NCBI RefSeq assembly: GCF_036507355.1
Contig: NZ_AP027877.1
Reading direction: 5' to 3' (one strand)
DNA from: Escherichia coli
GTDB taxonomy: Bacteria; Pseudomonadota; Gammaproteobacteria; Enterobacterales; Enterobacteriaceae
Length of the DNA stretch: 64,000 bases
The notes beneath the pieces are model-generated. The model did not search any database, had not been told where the DNA came from, and worked only from the letters and a program-made list of their open reading frames with translations. Below are positions 39,071-49,967 of this stretch, one piece after another; position 1 is the first letter of the stretch; every line of letters starts with the position of its first letter. The position numbers and the translations under genes were made by a program.

Positions 39071-39703
39071 ATGTCACTGAGCAGAACTCAAATTGTTAAC
39101 TGGCTCACTCGTTGTGGCGATATTTTCAACACCGAGAGCGAGTATCTTACCGGACTGGATCGCGAGATTGGCGACGCTGACCACGGGCTAAATATGAACC
39201 GAGGCTTTAGCAAAGTAGTGGAAAAACTCCCTGCTATCGCAGATAAAGATATCGGTTTCATTCTCAAGAATACCGGTATGACGCTGCTTTCCAGCGTCGG
39301 TGGTGCCAGTGGTCCGCTGTTCGGTACCTTCTTTATCCGCGCCGCACAGGCGACCCAGGCACGGCAAAGCCTGACGCTGGAAGAGCTTTATCAGATGTTC
39401 CGCGATGGCGCGGACGGCGTAATCAGTCGCGGGAAAGCCGAACCTGGCGATAAAACCATGTGTGATGTGTGGGTGCCGGTGGTGGAATCGTTACGTCAGT
39501 CCAGCGAGCAAAATCTCTCTGTTCCGGCGGCGCTCGAAGCTGCCAGTAGCATCGCCGAATCCGCTGCACAAAGTACGATTACGATGCAAGCCCGCAAAGG
39601 CCGCGCCAGTTATCTCGGTGAACGCAGTATTGGTCACCAGGATCCCGGCGCGACCTCGGTGATGTTTATGATGCAAATGTTGGCGTTAGCCGCAAAAGAG
39701 TAA
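39071..39703 (+). CDS. dhaL: Dihydroxyacetone kinase, ADP-binding subunit (210 aa)
   Basis: MSLSRTQIVNWLTRCGDIFNTESEYLTGLDREIGDADHG... matches K-12 DhaL. Confidence 0.95.
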   Translation: MSLSRTQIVNWLTRCGDIFNTESEYLTGLDREIGDADHGLNMNRGFSKVVEKLPAIADKDIGFILKNTGMTLLSSVGGASGPLFGTFFIRAAQATQARQSLTLEELYQMFRDGADGVISRGKAEPGDKTMCDVWVPVVESLRQSSEQNLSVPAALEAASSIAESAAQSTITMQARKGRASYLGERSIGHQDPGATSVMFMMQMLALAAKE

Positions 39704-39713
39704 GGAATTGGTG

Positions 39714-41132
39714 ATGGTAAACCTGGTCATAGTTTCACATAGCAGCCGACTGGGAGAAGGTGTCGGTGAATTAGCCCGTCAGATGTTAATGAGTGATAGT
39801 TGTAAAATCGCCATTGCCGCGGGAATTGACGATCCACAAAATCCCATTGGTACCGATGCCGTCAAAGTGATGGAGGCCATCGAATCTGTTGCTGATGCCG
39901 ACCATGTGCTGGTCATGATGGATATGGGTAGCGCATTATTGAGTGCTGAAACTGCGCTGGAATTGCTGGCTCCCGAGATCGCCGCAAAAGTACGTTTGTG
40001 TGCTGCGCCGTTGGTCGAAGGTACACTGGCAGCAACGGTCAGCGCGGCCTCGGGGGCGGATATCGACAAAGTTATCTTTGACGCCATGCATGCGCTGGAA
40101 GCCAAACGTGAACAACTGGGTTTACCGTCCTCCGACACTGAAATCTCTGACACATGTCCTCCGTACGATGAAGAAGCCCGTTCTCTGGCGGTGGTCATAA
40201 AGAACCGTAACGGCCTGCATGTACGTCCAGCCTCCCGGCTGGTTTATACCTTATCGACATTTAATGCCGATATGTTGCTGGAGAAAAACGGCAAATGCGT
40301 CACACCGGAGAGTATTAACCAGATTGCGTTACTACAAGTTCGCTATAACGATACGCTGCGCCTGATTGCGAAAGGGCCAGAAGCTGAAGAGGCACTGATC
40401 GCTTTCCGTCAGCTGGCTGAAGATAACTTTGGTGAAACGGAGGAAGTTGCTCCACCTACTCTGCGTCCCGTTCCGCCTGTTTCGGGTAAAGCCTTTTATT
40501 ATCAACCGGTTTTATGTACGGTACAGGCCAAATCAACCCTGACCGTGGAAGAAGAACAAGAACGATTACGCCAGGCCATTGACTTCACGTTATTAGATCT
40601 GATGACGTTAACAGCGAAAGCAGAAGCCAGCGGGCTTGACGATATTGCCGCAATCTTTTCTGGTCACCATACACTGTTAGATGATCCGGAACTGCTGGCG
40701 GCGGCAAGCGAACTCCTTCAGCACGAACATTGCACGGCAGAATATGCCTGGCAGCAAGTTCTTAAAGAACTTAGCCAGCAATACCAGCAACTGGATGATG
40801 AATATCTACAAGCTCGCTATATTGATGTGGACGATCTTCTGCATCGCGCCCTGGTCCACCTGACCCAAACGAAAGAAGAACTCCCGCAGTTTAACTCGCC
40901 AACTATTCTACTGGCGGAGAACATTTATCCTTCCACAGTACTGCAACTGGATCCGGCGGTTGTAAAAGGTATCTGCCTTAGCGCCGGAAGTCCGGTATCC
41001 CACAGCGCCCTGATCGCCCGTGAACTGGAGATTGGCTGGATTTGCCAGCAGGGTGAGAAACTGTATGCGATACAACCAGAAGAAAAGCTAACGCTGGACG
41101 TTAAAACGCAACGTTTCAACCGTCAGGGTTAA
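39714..41132 (+). CDS. dhaM: Dihydroxyacetone kinase phosphotransferase subunit (472 aa)
   Basis: MVNLVIVSHSSRLGEGVGELARQML... matches K-12 DhaM (EIIA-like, HPr-like and EI-like domains). Confidence 0.95.
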   Translation: MVNLVIVSHSSRLGEGVGELARQMLMSDSCKIAIAAGIDDPQNPIGTDAVKVMEAIESVADADHVLVMMDMGSALLSAETALELLAPEIAAKVRLCAAPLVEGTLAATVSAASGADIDKVIFDAMHALEAKREQLGLPSSDTEISDTCPPYDEEARSLAVVIKNRNGLHVRPASRLVYTLSTFNADMLLEKNGKCVTPESINQIALLQVRYNDTLRLIAKGPEAEEALIAFRQLAEDNFGETEEVAPPTLRPVPPVSGKAFYYQPVLCTVQAKSTLTVEEEQERLRQAIDFTLLDLMTLTAKAEASGLDDIAAIFSGHHTLLDDPELLAAASELLQHEHCTAEYAWQQVLKELSQQYQQLDDEYLQARYIDVDDLLHRALVHLTQTKEELPQFNSPTILLAENIYPSTVLQLDPAVVKGICLSAGSPVSHSALIARELEIGWICQQGEKLYAIQPEEKLTLDVKTQRFNRQG

Positions 41133-41451
41133 GCCACCGTTCGGATGGCATCGTTCTGATGTCATCCGGCAATTTACTCAGCACTAATGTTTTTTAACTA
41201 CCTGTTATATTTTTCACCAATTTATGATGATTTTTCTTCGCTAATCGCGAACCAAACGCCGCTGGCTGGCTAATAAACAGACGTTATTTGATCACTCTAT
41301 TTCGCCGTTATTTATCCCTTTAATTCCCTTTTCTAAAATGCCTGACAGTTCGCAGAATGAGATTTCGATCATGCAGCTAGTGCGATCCTGAACTAAGGTT
41401 TTCTGATACTTGAATACCGTTTTATTCGGTTTCGCCTAAGGAGAATGATTG

Positions 41452-43149
41452 ATGAAATCCCCCGCACCTTCTCGCCCGCAAAAAATGGCGTTAATTCCAG
41501 CCTGCATCTTTTTGTGTTTCGCTGCGCTATCGGTGCAGGCAGAAGAAACACCGGTAACGCCACAGCCGCCTGATATTTTATTAGGGCCGCTGTTTAATGA
41601 TGTGCAAAACGCCAAGCTTTTTCCGGACCAAAAAACCTTTGCCGATGCCGTGCCAAACAGCGATCCGCTGATGATCCTTGCTGATTATCGGATGCAGCAA
41701 AACCAGAGCGGATTTGATCTGCGCCATTTCGTTAACGTCAATTTCACCCTGCCGAAAGAGGGAGAGAAATATGTTCCGCCAGAGGGACAGTCACTGCGCG
41801 AACATATTGACGGACTTTGGCCGGTATTAACGCGTTCTACCGAAAACACCGAAAAATGGGATTCTCTGTTACCGCTGCCGGAACCTTATGTCGTGCCAGG
41901 CGGACGTTTTCGCGAGGTATATTACTGGGACAGTTACTTCACCATGTTAGGACTTACCGAAAGCGGTCACTGGGATAAAGTCGCGGATATGGTGGCCAAT
42001 TTTGCTCATGAAATAGACACTTACGGTCATATTCCCAACGGCAACCGCAGTTACTATTTAAGCCGCTCGCAGCCGCCCTTCTTTGCCCTGATGGTAGAGT
42101 TACTGGCGCAGCATGAAGGCGATGCCGCATTGAAGCAATACCTGCCGCAAATGCAAAAAGAATATGCTTACTGGATGGACGGTGTTGAAAACCTGCAAGC
42201 CGGACAACAGGAAAAACGCGTTGTAAAACTTCAGGATGGTACCCTTCTCAACCGCTACTGGGACGATCGCGATACGCCACGACCAGAGTCATGGGTGGAA
42301 GATATTGCCACCGCTAAAAGCAATCCGAATCGACCTGCCACTGAAATTTACCGCGACCTGCGCTCTGCTGCTGCGTCTGGCTGGGATTTCAGCTCGCGCT
42401 GGATGGACAATCCGCAGCAACTAAATACCTTACGCACCACCAGCATCGTACCGGTCGATCTGAACAGCCTGATGTTTAAAATGGAAAAAATCCTCGCCCG
42501 CGCCAGCAAAGCTGCCGGAGATAACGCGATGGCAAACCAGTACGAAACGCTGGCAAATGCCCGTCAAAAAGGGATCGAAAAATACCTGTGGAACGATCAA
42601 CAAGGCTGGTATGCCGATTACGACCTGAAAAGTCATAAAGTGCGCAATCAGTTAACCGCGGCCGCCCTGTTCCCGCTGTACGTCAATGCGGCAGCGAAAG
42701 ATCGCGCCAACAAAATGGCGACGGCGACGAAAACACATCTGCTGCAACCCGGCGGCCTGAACACCACGTCGGTGAAAAGTGGGCAACAATGGGATGCGCC
42801 AAATGGCTGGGCACCGTTACAGTGGGTCGCGACAGCAGGATTACAAAACTACGGGCAAAAAGAGGTGGCGATGGACATTAGCTGGCACTTCCTGACCAAT
42901 GTTCAGCACACCTATGACCGGGAGAAAAAGCTGGTGGAAAAATATGATGTCAGCACCACCGGAACGGGGGGCGGCGGTGGCGAATATCCATTACAGGATG
43001 GCTTTGGCTGGACCAATGGCGTGACGCTGAAAATGCTGGATTTGATCTGCCCGAAAGAGCAACCGTGTGACAATGTTCCGGCGACGCGTCCACTCAGTGA
43101 ATCAACAACACAGCCGGTAAAACAAAAAGAGGCGGAACCTACGCCTTAA
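41452..43149 (+). CDS. treA: Periplasmic trehalase (565 aa)
   Basis: [48 protein letters not shown]... matches K-12 TreA. Confidence 0.95.
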   Translation: MKSPAPSRPQKMALIPACIFLCFAALSVQAEETPVTPQPPDILLGPLFNDVQNAKLFPDQKTFADAVPNSDPLMILADYRMQQNQSGFDLRHFVNVNFTLPKEGEKYVPPEGQSLREHIDGLWPVLTRSTENTEKWDSLLPLPEPYVVPGGRFREVYYWDSYFTMLGLTESGHWDKVADMVANFAHEIDTYGHIPNGNRSYYLSRSQPPFFALMVELLAQHEGDAALKQYLPQMQKEYAYWMDGVENLQAGQQEKRVVKLQDGTLLNRYWDDRDTPRPESWVEDIATAKSNPNRPATEIYRDLRSAAASGWDFSSRWMDNPQQLNTLRTTSIVPVDLNSLMFKMEKILARASKAAGDNAMANQYETLANARQKGIEKYLWNDQQGWYADYDLKSHKVRNQLTAAALFPLYVNAAAKDRANKMATATKTHLLQPGGLNTTSVKSGQQWDAPNGWAPLQWVATAGLQNYGQKEVAMDISWHFLTNVQHTYDREKKLVEKYDVSTTGTGGGGGEYPLQDGFGWTNGVTLKMLDLICPKEQPCDNVPATRPLSESTTQPVKQKEAEPTP

Positions 43150-43176
43150 CTTTGCTGTATATCGAGGCTGTATATC

Positions 43177-43220
43177 GAGCAATGCCATTATGTGCATAAA
43201 ATTGGCATTGCTCTTTTTTC
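43177..43220 (+). terminator. Rho-independent terminator of treA
   Basis: GAGCAATGCCA-(15 nt)-TGGCATTGCTC forms an 11-bp stem, followed by TTTTTT. Confidence 0.75.
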
Positions 43221-43491
43221 GCCACGAAATGCCCCCCATTCTACGGTCTATGCCTTTATTTTCTTTTATCAGAGAAGATTTTAATTTTATTTTATCAATT
43301 TGTTAATCATTACACCTCTATTTATATTTTTCGCCACTCCGCCATTCTCCCTGACAATTTTCTTGTGGAACAAAGTGTTATTTAAGCAACAAGCAAATCA
43401 TTCTGTCTCTTTAGACAAATTTTGACATCAAACATGATTTTTTCGATATATATGTAAATATATAGCGGTTTTAATTATCAGGATATAACTT

Positions 43492-44514
43492 ATGTCACTA
43501 ACCAGACGGAGGTTTACACAGATTCTTGCGTCAACATTGTTCCTGCATCATCTGCCGTCCTTTGCACAATCAGTCAATTTCTGGGCCTCACTGACGCTTC
43601 CCGAAGCCCAAAACATTACACGCATCGTCAGCGCAGGCGCGCCCGCCGATTTGCTATTGCTGGCTGTCGCGCCAGAAAAAATGGTCGGTTTTTCCTCTTT
43701 TGATTTTGCCCGTCAGGCATTAATTCCATTGCCAGAGCACATTCGCCAGTTACCCAGGCTGGGACGACTCGCCGGGCGCGCCAGCACACTCTCGCTGGAA
43801 GGGCTTATGGCGTTACATCCCGATTTGGTCGTTGATTGCGGCAATACGGATGAAACCTGGATCTCCCAGGAACGGCAGGTTAGCGAACAGACACAAATAC
43901 CCTGGTTATTGCTTAACGGGAAACTGGAGCAATCAGCAGAACAGTTAACAACGCTTGGCAAAACGTTAGGCGAAGAGCATCGCGCCGCAGAACAAGCCAA
44001 TCTCGCCAGCCGCTTCGTTGGTGAAGCTCAGGCATTCGCCACCTCACCCGCCGCTAACCTCCGCTTTTATGCTGCGCGCGGTCCTCGAGGGCTGGAAACG
44101 GGCTTACAGGGTTCGTTGCATACCGAGGCGGCGGAATTATTAGGTTTGCACAACGTCGCGCAAATCGCCGATCGCCACGGCCTGACACAGGTTTCCATGG
44201 AAAATCTCCTGCGCTGGCAGCCGGATATTATTCTGGTTCAGGAGGCCGTTACTGCAGATTTTATTCGTCGTGATCCTCTCTGGCAGGGCGTGAAAGCCGT
44301 TGCGGAACAACGCATCTTATTTTTAAGTGGCTTGCCCTTTGGCTGGCTGGATGCCCCGCCGGGAATCAACCGTCTTCTGGGATTACGCAGACTTCACGCC
44401 TGGCTGGATCCCGCCATCAATCGCCAGTTTAAAAGTGACATGCAGCATTACGCCCAACTGTTCTGGCATTGTTCACTCAGTGACGCCGACTATCAAAAAT
44501 TGGTGGCGAGCTAA
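43492..44514 (+). CDS. Periplasmic substrate-binding protein of an iron-chelate/cobalamin-type (FecB/BtuF class) ABC importer (340 aa)
   Basis: It has a twin-arginine-like signal (MSLTRRRFTQILASTLFLHHLPSFAQS). It is the first gene of a cluster with a FecCD-type permease and an ATPase. The class assignment rests on context and general resemblance. Confidence 0.7.
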   Translation: MSLTRRRFTQILASTLFLHHLPSFAQSVNFWASLTLPEAQNITRIVSAGAPADLLLLAVAPEKMVGFSSFDFARQALIPLPEHIRQLPRLGRLAGRASTLSLEGLMALHPDLVVDCGNTDETWISQERQVSEQTQIPWLLLNGKLEQSAEQLTTLGKTLGEEHRAAEQANLASRFVGEAQAFATSPAANLRFYAARGPRGLETGLQGSLHTEAAELLGLHNVAQIADRHGLTQVSMENLLRWQPDIILVQEAVTADFIRRDPLWQGVKAVAEQRILFLSGLPFGWLDAPPGINRLLGLRRLHAWLDPAINRQFKSDMQHYAQLFWHCSLSDADYQKLVAS

Positions 44515-45494
44515 TGAGAATCGTAAACGGATGTATTTTGCTGCTGGCAGCTATCAGTATCACTTTTGCCGCCGTAAGTGGGGCTTATCATCTCGATATG
44601 CAGCAACTGCTGGCGCTAATTCTTCGTCAAGAAAATGTTCCTGTGCAGGAACAAATTGTCTTCTGGCAAATCCGCGTGCCGCGTATTCTTGCTGCGCTGT
44701 TACTGGGCGCGGCGCTGGCAGAAGCCGGAACCACCTATCAGGGAATGTTGCGTAATCCCTTAGTTTCACCGGATATTTTAGGCGTCTCCGCCGGTGCCGG
44801 ACTTGGTGCCTGCACGGCAATTCTGTGGGGATTATCCATTGTTTACATCCAGCTGTACGCATTTTGCGGCGGGCTGATGGTGGTCGCGGGCGTCTGGTTG
44901 ATTACGCGTCGGGTGACCCGCCACGATCCGATCTTAACCCTGGTGCTGGTAGGCATTACGTTAGGAACGTTGTGCGGTGCGGGGATATCGCTAATTAAAA
45001 CGCTGGCCGATCCTTACACCCAGTTACCGTCAATTACCTTCTGGTTGCTGGGGGGACTGTCCACCGTGACCTTACGCGATCTCTGCTATGCTGCACCGAT
45101 CATTCTCATAGGCTCCTTGCCCCTGTTTTTTCTCCGCTGGCGCATGAATTTACTCACGCTTTCCGACGACGAAGCCCGTTCGCTGGGACTGAACGTGACG
45201 CGTCTGCGCTTTGGATTGATTGTCTGCGCCACACTAATCACCGCCAGTACGGTAGCAATAGCGGGCATAATTGGTTGGGTCGTCCTGGTCGTTCCGCACA
45301 TTGCCCGCTTGTTGACCGGTCATAACCATCAGCAGCTGTTGCCCATGGCAATGTGTACTGGCGCGATTCTGCTCCTGCTTACCGATACGCTGGCACGCAG
45401 CATTGGAACAACAGAAATCCCACTTGGCATTCTGACCGCTTTTGTTGGCGCACCGTTTTTCCTGTTTTTGTTGTTACGCGGAGGTCGCCAGTGA
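44514..45494 (+). CDS. FecCD/BtuC-family ABC permease (326 aa)
   Basis: It is polytopic with the characteristic FecCD features ...RVPRILAALLLGAALA..AG..YQG..RNPLVSPDILGVSAGAGLG... Its start overlaps the upstream stop. Confidence 0.85.
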   Translation: MRIVNGCILLLAAISITFAAVSGAYHLDMQQLLALILRQENVPVQEQIVFWQIRVPRILAALLLGAALAEAGTTYQGMLRNPLVSPDILGVSAGAGLGACTAILWGLSIVYIQLYAFCGGLMVVAGVWLITRRVTRHDPILTLVLVGITLGTLCGAGISLIKTLADPYTQLPSITFWLLGGLSTVTLRDLCYAAPIILIGSLPLFFLRWRMNLLTLSDDEARSLGLNVTRLRFGLIVCATLITASTVAIAGIIGWVVLVVPHIARLLTGHNHQQLLPMAMCTGAILLLLTDTLARSIGTTEIPLGILTAFVGAPFFLFLLLRGGRQ

Positions 45495-46249
45495 CTTTGC
45501 TTGCCGTCCGTCATGCGTCTCTGGGTTACTCCCGCCATCCAGTGCTACGCGACGTGTCCTTCACCCTGTCGCAAGGAACAATTTGTTGTCTGCTTGGCGC
45601 GAATGGTTGCGGCAAAACCACACTCATGCGCTCCATTCTTGGCGTTATACCGTTATTAAAAGACGAGATCTTACTGGATAGCCTCCCTGTGCAGACACTC
45701 AGCCATCGCCAGCGTGCGCAGGCTATTGCCTGGGTGCCGCAGGCGCACGACGGTATTTTTGCTTTTAGTGTGCTGGATATGGCGTTGATGGGCCTGGCCC
45801 CCACCATAGGCGCTTTTTCCGTTCCCGGTAAGCAAGAACGCCTGAAAGCCACGGAGCAACTGGAAAAGCTGGGCATTTTGCATCTGGCGACACGACGCTG
45901 GAATACGCTTAGCGGCGGTGAACGTCAGCTGGCTTTAATCGCCCGTGCACTCGTCCAGCAACCGCGCTTGTTGTTACTGGATGAGCCTGCCTCCAGCCTC
46001 GATTTCGGTCATCAGATCCAACTACTGGACACGCTGGCACAGCTCAAAAATAACGGCATGACAATGTTAATGTCGACTCATCATCCGCTCCATGCCAACG
46101 CCATTGCCGACAGCATTATCCAGGTAGAGCCAGATGGACGAGTAACACAAGGCTTACCGACCGAACAGTTAACAACAAACAAACTGGCTGCCCTGTATCG
46201 GGTTTCTGCCGACCAGATTCATCATCACCTCTCTGCAATTAGCCACTAA
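45491..46249 (+). CDS. ABC transporter ATP-binding protein (252 aa)
   Basis: The GTG start overlaps the permease stop (GTGA). It has Walker A (GANGCGKTT), the signature motif (LSGGERQ) and Walker B (LLLLDEP). Confidence 0.85.
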   Translation: MTLLAVRHASLGYSRHPVLRDVSFTLSQGTICCLLGANGCGKTTLMRSILGVIPLLKDEILLDSLPVQTLSHRQRAQAIAWVPQAHDGIFAFSVLDMALMGLAPTIGAFSVPGKQERLKATEQLEKLGILHLATRRWNTLSGGERQLALIARALVQQPRLLLLDEPASSLDFGHQIQLLDTLAQLKNNGMTMLMSTHHPLHANAIADSIIQVEPDGRVTQGLPTEQLTTNKLAALYRVSADQIHHHLSAISH

Positions 46250-46258
46250 GGAAAAATC

Positions 46259-47071
46259 ATGCTCATTGATGATATTGATTTTGCAGACCTTTATCTGCAG
46301 CAACTCAAGCTGGCCCACCGCACAGAAAAAACGCCGGATCACTGGGATCAACGGGCGGAAAAAATGGCGGGAAATTGCGCCTCGCCTACGGACAGCTACC
46401 TGCAACAACTGATCGCTAAAATTGACCTACAAGGCGCTCAGACCTTATTCGATATGGGCTGCGGACCGGGTACCGTATCGCTGGCGCTGGCTGACAAACT
46501 CACGACGATTTATGGCGTTGATTACAGTCAGGGGATGCTGAACGTTGCCGCCCGTCGCGCCGCCGCGCTGAAGGCAGACAATGTCCACTGGATCCAGCGC
46601 GCCTGGGAAGAGGACTGGAGTGACCTGCCACGCTGCGATATTGCCGTGGCTTCCCGCTCCACTCTGGTGGCTGATATGCGCCAGGCAATGAGCAAACTGA
46701 ATAATCAGGCACGGCTTCGCGTCTATACGACTCATCTGGTCAGCACCTCGTTCGTCTCTCCAGCCATTCAGCGGGCGGCTGGTCGGGAAGTGATCGAATT
46801 ACCCAACTATATCTTTGCGCTCAACGTCCTGTATCAGATGGGAATTTATGCCCACGTTGATTTTATCCGTGGACAAAATTGCCAACAGGATAACAGCACC
46901 TGGGAACGTTTTGAGCAGAACGTCAGCTGGAGTCTTGGCGCGCTTAACGACGATGAGCGTGAGCGGTTATATCGCTGGTATCAACAACAAGATGCTCGTG
47001 CCCTCGCCCCTGCCAGCCGTGACTGGGCGCTCATCTGGTGGGATAGCGTACCGCAGGAGGCACTGCGATGA
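46259..47071 (+). CDS. Class I SAM-dependent methyltransferase (270 aa)
   Basis: Motif I is LFDMGCGPGTVSLALA. A downstream acidic residue (VDYS) is typical of the AdoMet-binding Rossmann fold. Confidence 0.7.
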   Translation: MLIDDIDFADLYLQQLKLAHRTEKTPDHWDQRAEKMAGNCASPTDSYLQQLIAKIDLQGAQTLFDMGCGPGTVSLALADKLTTIYGVDYSQGMLNVAARRAAALKADNVHWIQRAWEEDWSDLPRCDIAVASRSTLVADMRQAMSKLNNQARLRVYTTHLVSTSFVSPAIQRAAGREVIELPNYIFALNVLYQMGIYAHVDFIRGQNCQQDNSTWERFEQNVSWSLGALNDDERERLYRWYQQQDARALAPASRDWALIWWDSVPQEALR

Positions 47072-47922
47072 TTTTCCTTTCTCAGGCACAAATCGATGCG
47101 TTACTTCTGGAAGATATCCAGGGCGGTGACCTGACCACGAGAGCATTAAATATTGGACACCAGCATGGCTATATAGAGTTTTTTCTCCGTCAGGGCGGCT
47201 GCGTCAGCGGCGTTTCTGTCGCGTGTAAGATGTTAACTACGCTGGGATTAACTATTGATGACGCGGTCAGCGACGGTTCACAAGCGAACGCGGGTCAACG
47301 GCTAATCCGTGCGCAGGGTAATGCCGCAGCACTTCATCAGGGATGGAAGGCAGTCCAGAATGTGCTGGAGTGGAGTTGCGGTGTTTCTGATTATCTCGCT
47401 CAAATGCTGGCGTTGCTTCGTGTACGTTATCCTGACGGCAATATCGCCTGCACCCGAAAAGCAATTCCGGGCACCCGCTTACTGGCCTCGCAGGCAATTC
47501 TGGCTGCCGGAGGACTGATTCATCGTGCCGGATGTGCGGAAACCATATTATTGTTTGCCAACCACCGCCATTTTCTTCATGACAATCAGGACTGGTCAGG
47601 CGCAATCAATCAGTTACGTCGCCACGCACCCGAGAAGAAAATTGTTGTTGAAGCCGACACGTCGAAAGAGGCAATCGCCGCGTTACGCGCGCAACCAGAC
47701 GTACTTCAGCTCGACAAATTTAGTCCGCAACAGGCAACTGAAATTGCGCAAATAGCGCCGTCGCTGGCTCCCCACTGCACGCTGGCTCTGACCGGCGGAA
47801 TTAATCTGACGACACTCAAAAATTACCTCGACTGCGGCATTCGCCTCTTTATTACCTCCGCGCCTTATTACGCGGCACCGGCTGACATTAAAGTCAGTCT
47901 GCAACCCGCAGCCTCTATTTAA
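47068..47922 (+). CDS. modD: ModD-like protein (quinolinate/nicotinate-nucleotide phosphoribosyltransferase fold), 284 aa
   Basis: Its N-terminus (LLLEDIQGGDLTT) and overall layout resemble the NadC/ModD family. Its start overlaps the methyltransferase stop (ATGA). Confidence 0.6.
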   Translation: MIFLSQAQIDALLLEDIQGGDLTTRALNIGHQHGYIEFFLRQGGCVSGVSVACKMLTTLGLTIDDAVSDGSQANAGQRLIRAQGNAAALHQGWKAVQNVLEWSCGVSDYLAQMLALLRVRYPDGNIACTRKAIPGTRLLASQAILAAGGLIHRAGCAETILLFANHRHFLHDNQDWSGAINQLRRHAPEKKIVVEADTSKEAIAALRAQPDVLQLDKFSPQQATEIAQIAPSLAPHCTLALTGGINLTTLKNYLDCGIRLFITSAPYYAAPADIKVSLQPAASI

Positions 47923-47947
47923 TTCTTTGTTAAACGGAATTTATTCT

Positions 47948-49918
47948 ATGAGACTCAAAAAACATTATCTCTGCACAGCATTATCACTTGCCTTTACCCA
48001 GCAGGCCGTAGCGGCTCAGGAGAGCGACTCGCTGACCATATGGTCCAGTCCGGTATCATCGACGACGACCACCGTTCTCGATCAACCCACCATGAAGGCC
48101 CTGGATAAACAGAATGTCGCTCAGGCATTAAGTGTCGTCCCCGGCGTGGTGCTGCAAAAGTCAGGCAGCCGCAACGAAGAACAGGTAAAAGTTCGTGGCT
48201 TTGATAGTCGGCAGGTGCCGGTCTATTTCGACGGTGTGCCCATTTATGTTCCCTATGACGGCAACCTCGATCTGGCGCGGATTCTGACCAACAATCTGGG
48301 GGCAGTCGAAGTTTCCAAAGGGTATTCGTCGCTGCTTCAGGGGCCTAATCAGATGGGCGGAGCCATTAATATCACCACCCAGAAGCCAACAAAACCTCTG
48401 GAAGCAAGTCTGGGATATCGCCAGGGATGGAGCCGTAGCCAGGACAATGCCTACGATATGCATGCTTCATTTGCCGCCAGCAGCGATCTGGGGTATTTGC
48501 AAGTCAGCGGTAGCCAGCTAAAGCAGGATTTTCTCGGCCTGCCGCATGGTGTAAATAATGATATTGCAGGCAACCACGGCAAGATGATTAATTCATCGGC
48601 TGATGATAAACGCGGCATTGTGAAGCTCGGATTTACACCACGTGAAAACGATGAATACTCACTGACTTACATTAAGCAGGATGGTGAAAAAGATAACCCG
48701 CCATACAGCGGAAAAAGTGGTCAAAAATCACGCTACTGGCAGTGGCCAGAGTATGACAAAGAAAGTTTTTATTATCAGGGAACGACCCAACTAAACGATC
48801 GTTTTACCCTGAAAAGTCGGCTGTATCGCGACACCTTTGAAAATACGCTGATGATGTACAACTCGCTGGCTGATTTGAAAAATAAAAAAGGTAGCTACAG
48901 CCATTATTCCGATTACAGCGACGGTGCCGGATTACAACTGGCAGCCGATGTGCGTGAAAACGATCTGCTGTCGTTTGCCGTTAACTGGAAAGATGACGTA
49001 CACCGGGAAAAAGGTGCGCCGCACGCCGCTTACGATCGCTATGAAGATCGTACCTGGTCGCTCGCCAGTGAATATCAATGGGCTGCTGCTGATAATGTCG
49101 ATGTCGTGGCTGGAATCAGCTATGACTGGCGCGATAGCGTAGAAGCGAAAAAACACGAGAAAGATGGCAGCATCACCCATTATGACGACAACAATCAGTC
49201 AGCTTTTAACTGGCAAGTGATGGGGAAATACCACTTTGCCAATGAAGACACGCTGGCGCTTTCGTACTATGACCGCACACGCTTTCCGACGCTGAAAGAA
49301 CGCTATACCACATCCAAACCTGCGTATAACCAGATAGCGATTGTTAACCCGCAGCTCAAGCCGGAACGCGCTCGCGGGGTGGATTTAACCTGGAATGGTG
49401 CCTTCACGCGCGACTGGGGATTTGAGGTCAGCGTTTACTATAACCGGGTGAGTGATGCCATCCTCTCGCACAATATCGATGCCGATACCATTCAAAATCA
49501 GAACAGCGGCACGGTGGATTACAGCGGTCTGGATGCCGGTATTAAGGGGAAAATCAGCAATATACTGGATGTAGGATTGAGCTACGCCCTGATCCACGCT
49601 GACGCCAAACGCAAAGACATCGGCAAGATAACCGATCTGCCAACGCAGACAATGACCGCATGGATGACTCTCAAACCGTGGGAGCCGTTAAGCGTAACGC
49701 TGTCGGAAGAGGCGCGTTCCTCCAGCTACAGCAACAGTGACGGTTCACAAAAAGCCGCCGGTTTTGCGGTGACCCACATTCGAACCGATTACACCTTAGG
49801 TCATGGCTTCAGCGTCAATGCGTCGGTCAATAACCTGTTTGATACCCAATATGCCTACAGTGAAGGGTTTATTGAAGAAGGCCGCAATTTCTGGGCAGGT
49901 GTCGAGTATACGTTCTGA
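47948..49918 (+). CDS. TonB-dependent outer-membrane receptor (656 aa)
   Basis: It has a signal peptide (MRLKKHYLCTALSLAFTQQAVAA/QE), a plug-domain motif (VRGFDSRQVPVYFDGVPI) and a C-terminal barrel ending ...NFWAGVEYTF*. Confidence 0.85.
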   Translation: MRLKKHYLCTALSLAFTQQAVAAQESDSLTIWSSPVSSTTTTVLDQPTMKALDKQNVAQALSVVPGVVLQKSGSRNEEQVKVRGFDSRQVPVYFDGVPIYVPYDGNLDLARILTNNLGAVEVSKGYSSLLQGPNQMGGAINITTQKPTKPLEASLGYRQGWSRSQDNAYDMHASFAASSDLGYLQVSGSQLKQDFLGLPHGVNNDIAGNHGKMINSSADDKRGIVKLGFTPRENDEYSLTYIKQDGEKDNPPYSGKSGQKSRYWQWPEYDKESFYYQGTTQLNDRFTLKSRLYRDTFENTLMMYNSLADLKNKKGSYSHYSDYSDGAGLQLAADVRENDLLSFAVNWKDDVHREKGAPHAAYDRYEDRTWSLASEYQWAAADNVDVVAGISYDWRDSVEAKKHEKDGSITHYDDNNQSAFNWQVMGKYHFANEDTLALSYYDRTRFPTLKERYTTSKPAYNQIAIVNPQLKPERARGVDLTWNGAFTRDWGFEVSVYYNRVSDAILSHNIDADTIQNQNSGTVDYSGLDAGIKGKISNILDVGLSYALIHADAKRKDIGKITDLPTQTMTAWMTLKPWEPLSVTLSEEARSSSYSNSDGSQKAAGFAVTHIRTDYTLGHGFSVNASVNNLFDTQYAYSEGFIEEGRNFWAGVEYTF

Positions 49919-49967
49919 TGTGAAAGCGGATAGCGGCATCTGTATCGCTATCCGCCTTATGAAAATC

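Noticed and set aside
43296-43314. Fur box upstream of the uptake cluster (caatttgttaatcattaca)
   Set aside because: By hand alignment it matches only ~12/19 positions of the GATAATGATAATCATTATC consensus. That is too weak to call in an AT-rich region without a scoring matrix.
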